Assembly (NCBI GenBank): GCA_964435305.1
Contig: CAYSZH010000003.1
Location: forward strand, 3,585 to 67,584
DNA from: an uncultured Granulosicoccaceae bacterium
Lineage (GTDB): Bacteria > Pseudomonadota > Gammaproteobacteria > Granulosicoccales > Granulosicoccaceae
Length of the DNA: 64,000 bases
Reading direction: 5' to 3'
Shown: piece by piece, positions 60,521 through 64,000 of the stretch
How positions within the stretch are numbered: the first letter of the stretch is position 1
How the letters are laid out: each line of letters opens with the position of its first letter
Notes under the pieces: model-generated
What the model saw: only the letters and a program-made list of their open reading frames with translations
Told to the model about the DNA's origin: nothing
The model's database searches: none
Made by a program: the position numbers and the translations under genes

Positions 60521-62983
60521 CTACTGAACCCATGCCACAGACTCCGCAGATAATTTTGTAGCATCGAATTCGTGCGCATGAACCTGTTTACTGGCTCGTT
60601 CTTCCCAAGGGTCGAACTGAGCAACGGCTTGCGATTGCGCAAATCGGTCAGCATAGGCGGTACGCATTTTGTCTTCGTTCATTATTTGCTGGCGTATTTC
60701 ATCGATACCAATACGCTTTGCCCATTTATAAATTCGCTCCAAATAATGCCCTTGTTCACGATACATCTGCAAAAGCGCAGCGACGTGCTCTTCAACAGCA
60801 TCATCTGTGTTTACATGCCCAAGTACTTCAGTGCCTTTAATATCAAGGCCTGCAGCACCAGCAAAATGAATATCAAAACCTGACTCTACGCAGATAACGC
60901 CAATATCTTTGCAAGTAGCTTCGGCACAATTGCGCGGACAACCCGATACCGCCAGCTTCACCTTCGCTGGCGTCCAGGAGCCCCACAAGTATTTTTCTAA
61001 CCTGATACCCAGACCTGTCGAATCTTGTGTTCCAAATCGACACCATTGCTTACCAACGCAGGTTTTAACAGTACGCAAACCTTTTGCATAGGCATGGCCT
61101 GATACAAATCCGGCTTTTCCCAGATCACTCCATACAGCTGGCAAATCTTCTTTACTGAGACCGAGCATATCGATGCGCTGACCGCCAGTCACCTTCACCA
61201 TAGGCACATCGAATTTATCAATTACATCGGCAATCGCTCTAAGTTCAGAGGAACTGGTAACACCACCCCACATGCGAGGTACAACCGAAAAAGTACCATC
61301 ACCTTGAATATTGGCATGCACACGTTCGTTGATAAAACGTGATTGATAGTCATCTTTATATTCTGTCGGCCAATCACAGATGAGATAGTAATTAAGTGCT
61401 GGGCGACATTTTGCGCATCCACAAGAGCTTTGCCATTCGAGCGTTTGCATAACCGCATCAATACTCTTGAGCGACTTGGCTTTTATTAAACGACGAACAT
61501 CAGCGTGGCCCAGAGTTGTGCATTGACACATGGGTGGAACTTCTGCTCGGTTATACTCATCACCCAATGTAAAGGTGAGCAACTGTTCTACCAGCCCGGT
61601 ACAGGTGCCACAGGAAGATGATGCTTTTGTCGCGGCGCGCACACCATCGAGCGTGTTGCTGCCGCTATTGATCGCTAATACAATGGTGGATTTGCATATG
61701 CCGTTACAACCACAGATTTCTGCACTATCTGCCAAGGCTGCAACGGCTGCTGTCGGGTCCACAGCATCGCCACCGTGATAAGCTTGCCCAAAGATTAGCG
61801 TTGATCGAATAGGCTCGATGCTTTCTTGCTTGCGCAACAAGTCCAGAAACCAGGCACTGTTACTGGTATCTCCATACAAAACAATACCCGTGATCAGGTT
61901 ATCTTGAATTATCAAACGTTTGTAGACACCCATGGTGGCATCTCTTACAACAATTTCTTCTTCGTTAGCAGCGTCACTATTCAAAAAATCCCCAGCTGAA
62001 AACAGATCAATACCGGACACCTTCAACTTGGTGGATACTATCGAGCCGGTATATTGGGTTTCTTGATTCAGCAGAACATTAGCCAACACTTTGGCCATTT
62101 CATATAACGGCGCAACGAGACCGTAACAAACGCCATGATGCTCAACGCACTCCCCGAGCGCATAAACAGAGTCTTGAGATGTACGCATTTGATCATCGAC
62201 CAATACCCCACGATTGACCGCAAGTCCTGCAGATTCTGCCAGGGCTGTTGACGGGCGTATCCCCACTGCCATCACAACTAACTGCGCCGGAATATGAGTA
62301 CCGTCATCCAAGGTGACACCAGTAACGCAGTCTGAACCGGTAATTTCTGTCGTATTCGCTTTCGTATGGATATCAATTCCACGCGATTTCATCGATTCTT
62401 CTAGAAGGTAACCAGCCGTGCTATCAAGCTGCTTTTCCATTAGATGATCGGCCAAATGCACAACAGACACTTGCATACCCTGCGCATGCAAACCAGCCGC
62501 AGCCTCAAGACCCAATAGGCCACCACCAATGACCACAGCGTTTGATACTGTTTTGGAGGCATCCAGCATGCCTTCCACATCATCCAGGTCGCGATACACT
62601 TTAACCCCAGGCAAATCACGCCCAGGTATTGCAATCATTATTGGCGTGGAACCCGTAGCGATAACAAGCTTATCGTAAGCCTGCTTATCTCCTGCAGCAG
62701 TGGTGATGAATTTTTCCTGCACATCGATCGCTTCAACGGGTGTTGATTTATGCAGTGTTATTCCATGTTGGGCATACCAGTCATCGTTGTGAGTGATGAT
62801 GTCTTCATACTGCTTTTCACCCGACAACACAGGAGATAGCATTAAACGGTTGTAATTGACTCTGGGCTCTGCGTTGTAAATCGATATCTCAAATTCATCT
62901 GCATCCATGTCCAGTAAATGCTCTAGCATTCGTCCAGGTGCCATGCCATTGCCTATCACAAGCAATTGCTTTTTGTTGCTCAT
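60521..62983 (-). CDS. nirB: NAD(P)H nitrite reductase large subunit
   Basis: IGNGMA, GGGLLGLEAA, ICGCNG..CGTC, NERVHANIQ, RTVKTCVG..WCRFG, SGCPRNC. Confidence 0.96.
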   Translation of the reverse strand: MSNKKQLLVIGNGMAPGRMLEHLLDMDADEFEISIYNAEPRVNYNRLMLSPVLSGEKQYEDIITHNDDWYAQHGITLHKSTPVEAIDVQEKFITTAAGDKQAYDKLVIATGSTPIMIAIPGRDLPGVKVYRDLDDVEGMLDASKTVSNAVVIGGGLLGLEAAAGLHAQGMQVSVVHLADHLMEKQLDSTAGYLLEESMKSRGIDIHTKANTTEITGSDCVTGVTLDDGTHIPAQLVVMAVGIRPSTALAESAGLAVNRGVLVDDQMRTSQDSVYALGECVEHHGVCYGLVAPLYEMAKVLANVLLNQETQYTGSIVSTKLKVSGIDLFSAGDFLNSDAANEEEIVVRDATMGVYKRLIIQDNLITGIVLYGDTSNSAWFLDLLRKQESIEPIRSTLIFGQAYHGGDAVDPTAAVAALADSAEICGCNGICKSTIVLAINSGSNTLDGVRAATKASSSCGTCTGLVEQLLTFTLGDEYNRAEVPPMCQCTTLGHADVRRLIKAKSLKSIDAVMQTLEWQSSCGCAKCRPALNYYLICDWPTEYKDDYQSRFINERVHANIQGDGTFSVVPRMWGGVTSSSELRAIADVIDKFDVPMVKVTGGQRIDMLGLSKEDLPAVWSDLGKAGFVSGHAYAKGLRTVKTCVGKQWCRFGTQDSTGLGIRLEKYLWGSWTPAKVKLAVSGCPRNCAEATCKDIGVICVESGFDIHFAGAAGLDIKGTEVLGHVNTDDAVEEHVAALLQMYREQGHYLERIYKWAKRIGIDEIRQQIMNEDKMRTAYADRFAQSQAVAQFDPWEERASKQVHAHEFDATKLSAESVAWVQ

Positions 62984-64000
62984 CTTAGCGCTTCCTCTCC
63001 TACAGAATCGACTTGCTGCGGCACCATTGCTGGCGCTTCTCCAAGACCTTGAAGTTTTTCATTATTATTGGCTATTCGAATGGTTCGCTTTTTACTGATC
63101 GCATCCAATACGGACCGGTCAGGGTTTGCGCCACCTTCATACACTTCCAGGAAGTCCATTAGCTCTTCGCGGTACGCATAGTAGTCAGGGTGCGACAGCA
63201 GAGCATTACGTGAGCGCGGTCGCTCAAGCTTAACGTCCATTATGTTGCCCACTTTTGCTCTTGGCCCGTTTGACATCATCACGACACGATCGCCCAGGAG
63301 AATCGCTTCGTCAACATCGTGCGTTACGCATATCGTCGTCACTTTGGTGCGTTCCCAAACTTCCATCAGAACGTCTTGAAGCTCCCAACGCGTTACACTG
63401 TCCAACATACCAAATGGCTCATCAAGCAACAGCAGCTTAGGTGATAGTGCGAACGCTCGTGCTATACCAACCCGCTGTCTCATGCCATTGGATAAATCTT
63501 GTGCTCGCCTGTGCATGGAATCAGCAAGGCCCACTTTTGCCAAATAATAGGACACCACATCACGTCGTTCAGCTTTGGATGCCTTTGGATAAACCTTGTC
63601 CACACCAAGCGCGACGTTTTGGTAAGCCGTTAACCAGGGCATTAAAGAGGGTGATTGAAACACCACCGCTCGATCTGGCCCCGTTGTCGTCACATGCGTC
63701 CCGTCAAGGATGATGCCACCTGAGCTAATGTCGGTTAAACCAGCAGACATTGATAAGACAGTCGATTTACCACATCCGGAATGCCCAATCAGAGTGACGA
63801 ACTCACCCTTTTTCATAGTCAGATTAAAATCTTCCACAACCGTCAAGGGCCCTTCAGGTGTTCGGTACACTTTCTCAGTTTGACTAAATTCTAAATAACG
63901 ATCTGGAGAGGGGGGTTTTTTGGCCTCCTGCACAACTTTAGGCGTTTTAATGGCTTGAGTAATCGGCACGACATTGGGTGCTTTTAATTCGTGCAGTTGG
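62980..64000 (-). CDS. Nitrate ABC transporter ATP-binding protein (partial, probably the second NBD of a longer protein)
   Basis: GHSGCGKST, GPDRAVVFQ, LLLDEPFGMLD, THDVDEA; frame stays open to the window edge (..QLHELKAPNVVPIT..). Confidence 0.88.
   Translation of the reverse strand, partial: QLHELKAPNVVPITQAIKTPKVVQEAKKPPSPDRYLEFSQTEKVYRTPEGPLTVVEDFNLTMKKGEFVTLIGHSGCGKSTVLSMSAGLTDISSGGIILDGTHVTTTGPDRAVVFQSPSLMPWLTAYQNVALGVDKVYPKASKAERRDVVSYYLAKVGLADSMHRRAQDLSNGMRQRVGIARAFALSPKLLLLDEPFGMLDSVTRWELQDVLMEVWERTKVTTICVTHDVDEAILLGDRVVMMSNGPRAKVGNIMDVKLERPRSRNALLSHPDYYAYREELMDFLEVYEGGANPDRSVLDAISKKRTIRIANNNEKLQGLGEAPAMVPQQVDSVGEEALR

Overview
Gene-dense bacterial chromosomal window of moderate GC. 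Gene content (gor, ubiA, ybiT, fimT-pilV-pilW-pilE, comF, GlyGly-CTERM) suggests a gammaproteobacterium, probably marine; this is inference only. I saw no rRNA, tRNA, CRISPR array, integrase or transposase. It carries about 50 CDS. Left part: a partial EAL protein, DUF349, a copper-radical oxidase, MoxR-DUF58-transglutaminase, GH31-MipA-enolase, nudC, YbjQ-YbjQ-M48, a nucleosidase/SPL-like radical SAM/SDR cluster, hutF and ybiT. Middle: minor pilins, gor, ubiA, two dynamin-like GTPases flanking a zrg-type zinc uptake operon and an orphan cobT, then comF, an OmpA-domain protein, DUF3179 and an EamA-hydrolase fusion. Right part: a long minus-strand nitrogen block (nitrate ABC ATPase, nirBD, nasA, MocD-like oxygenase, ABC transporter, hydantoin racemase, M20 amidohydrolase). 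The best candidate for an undescribed system is a His-rich, secretion-signal-bearing leader ORF ending in IRAPP. Its stop-codon region forms a perfect 10-bp duplex with the ribosome-binding site of zrgA, suggesting a metal-sensing ribosome-arrest switch for zinc uptake. The SPL-like radical SAM cluster is the second candidate. All family assignments come from motif recognition by eye; no database searches were run.
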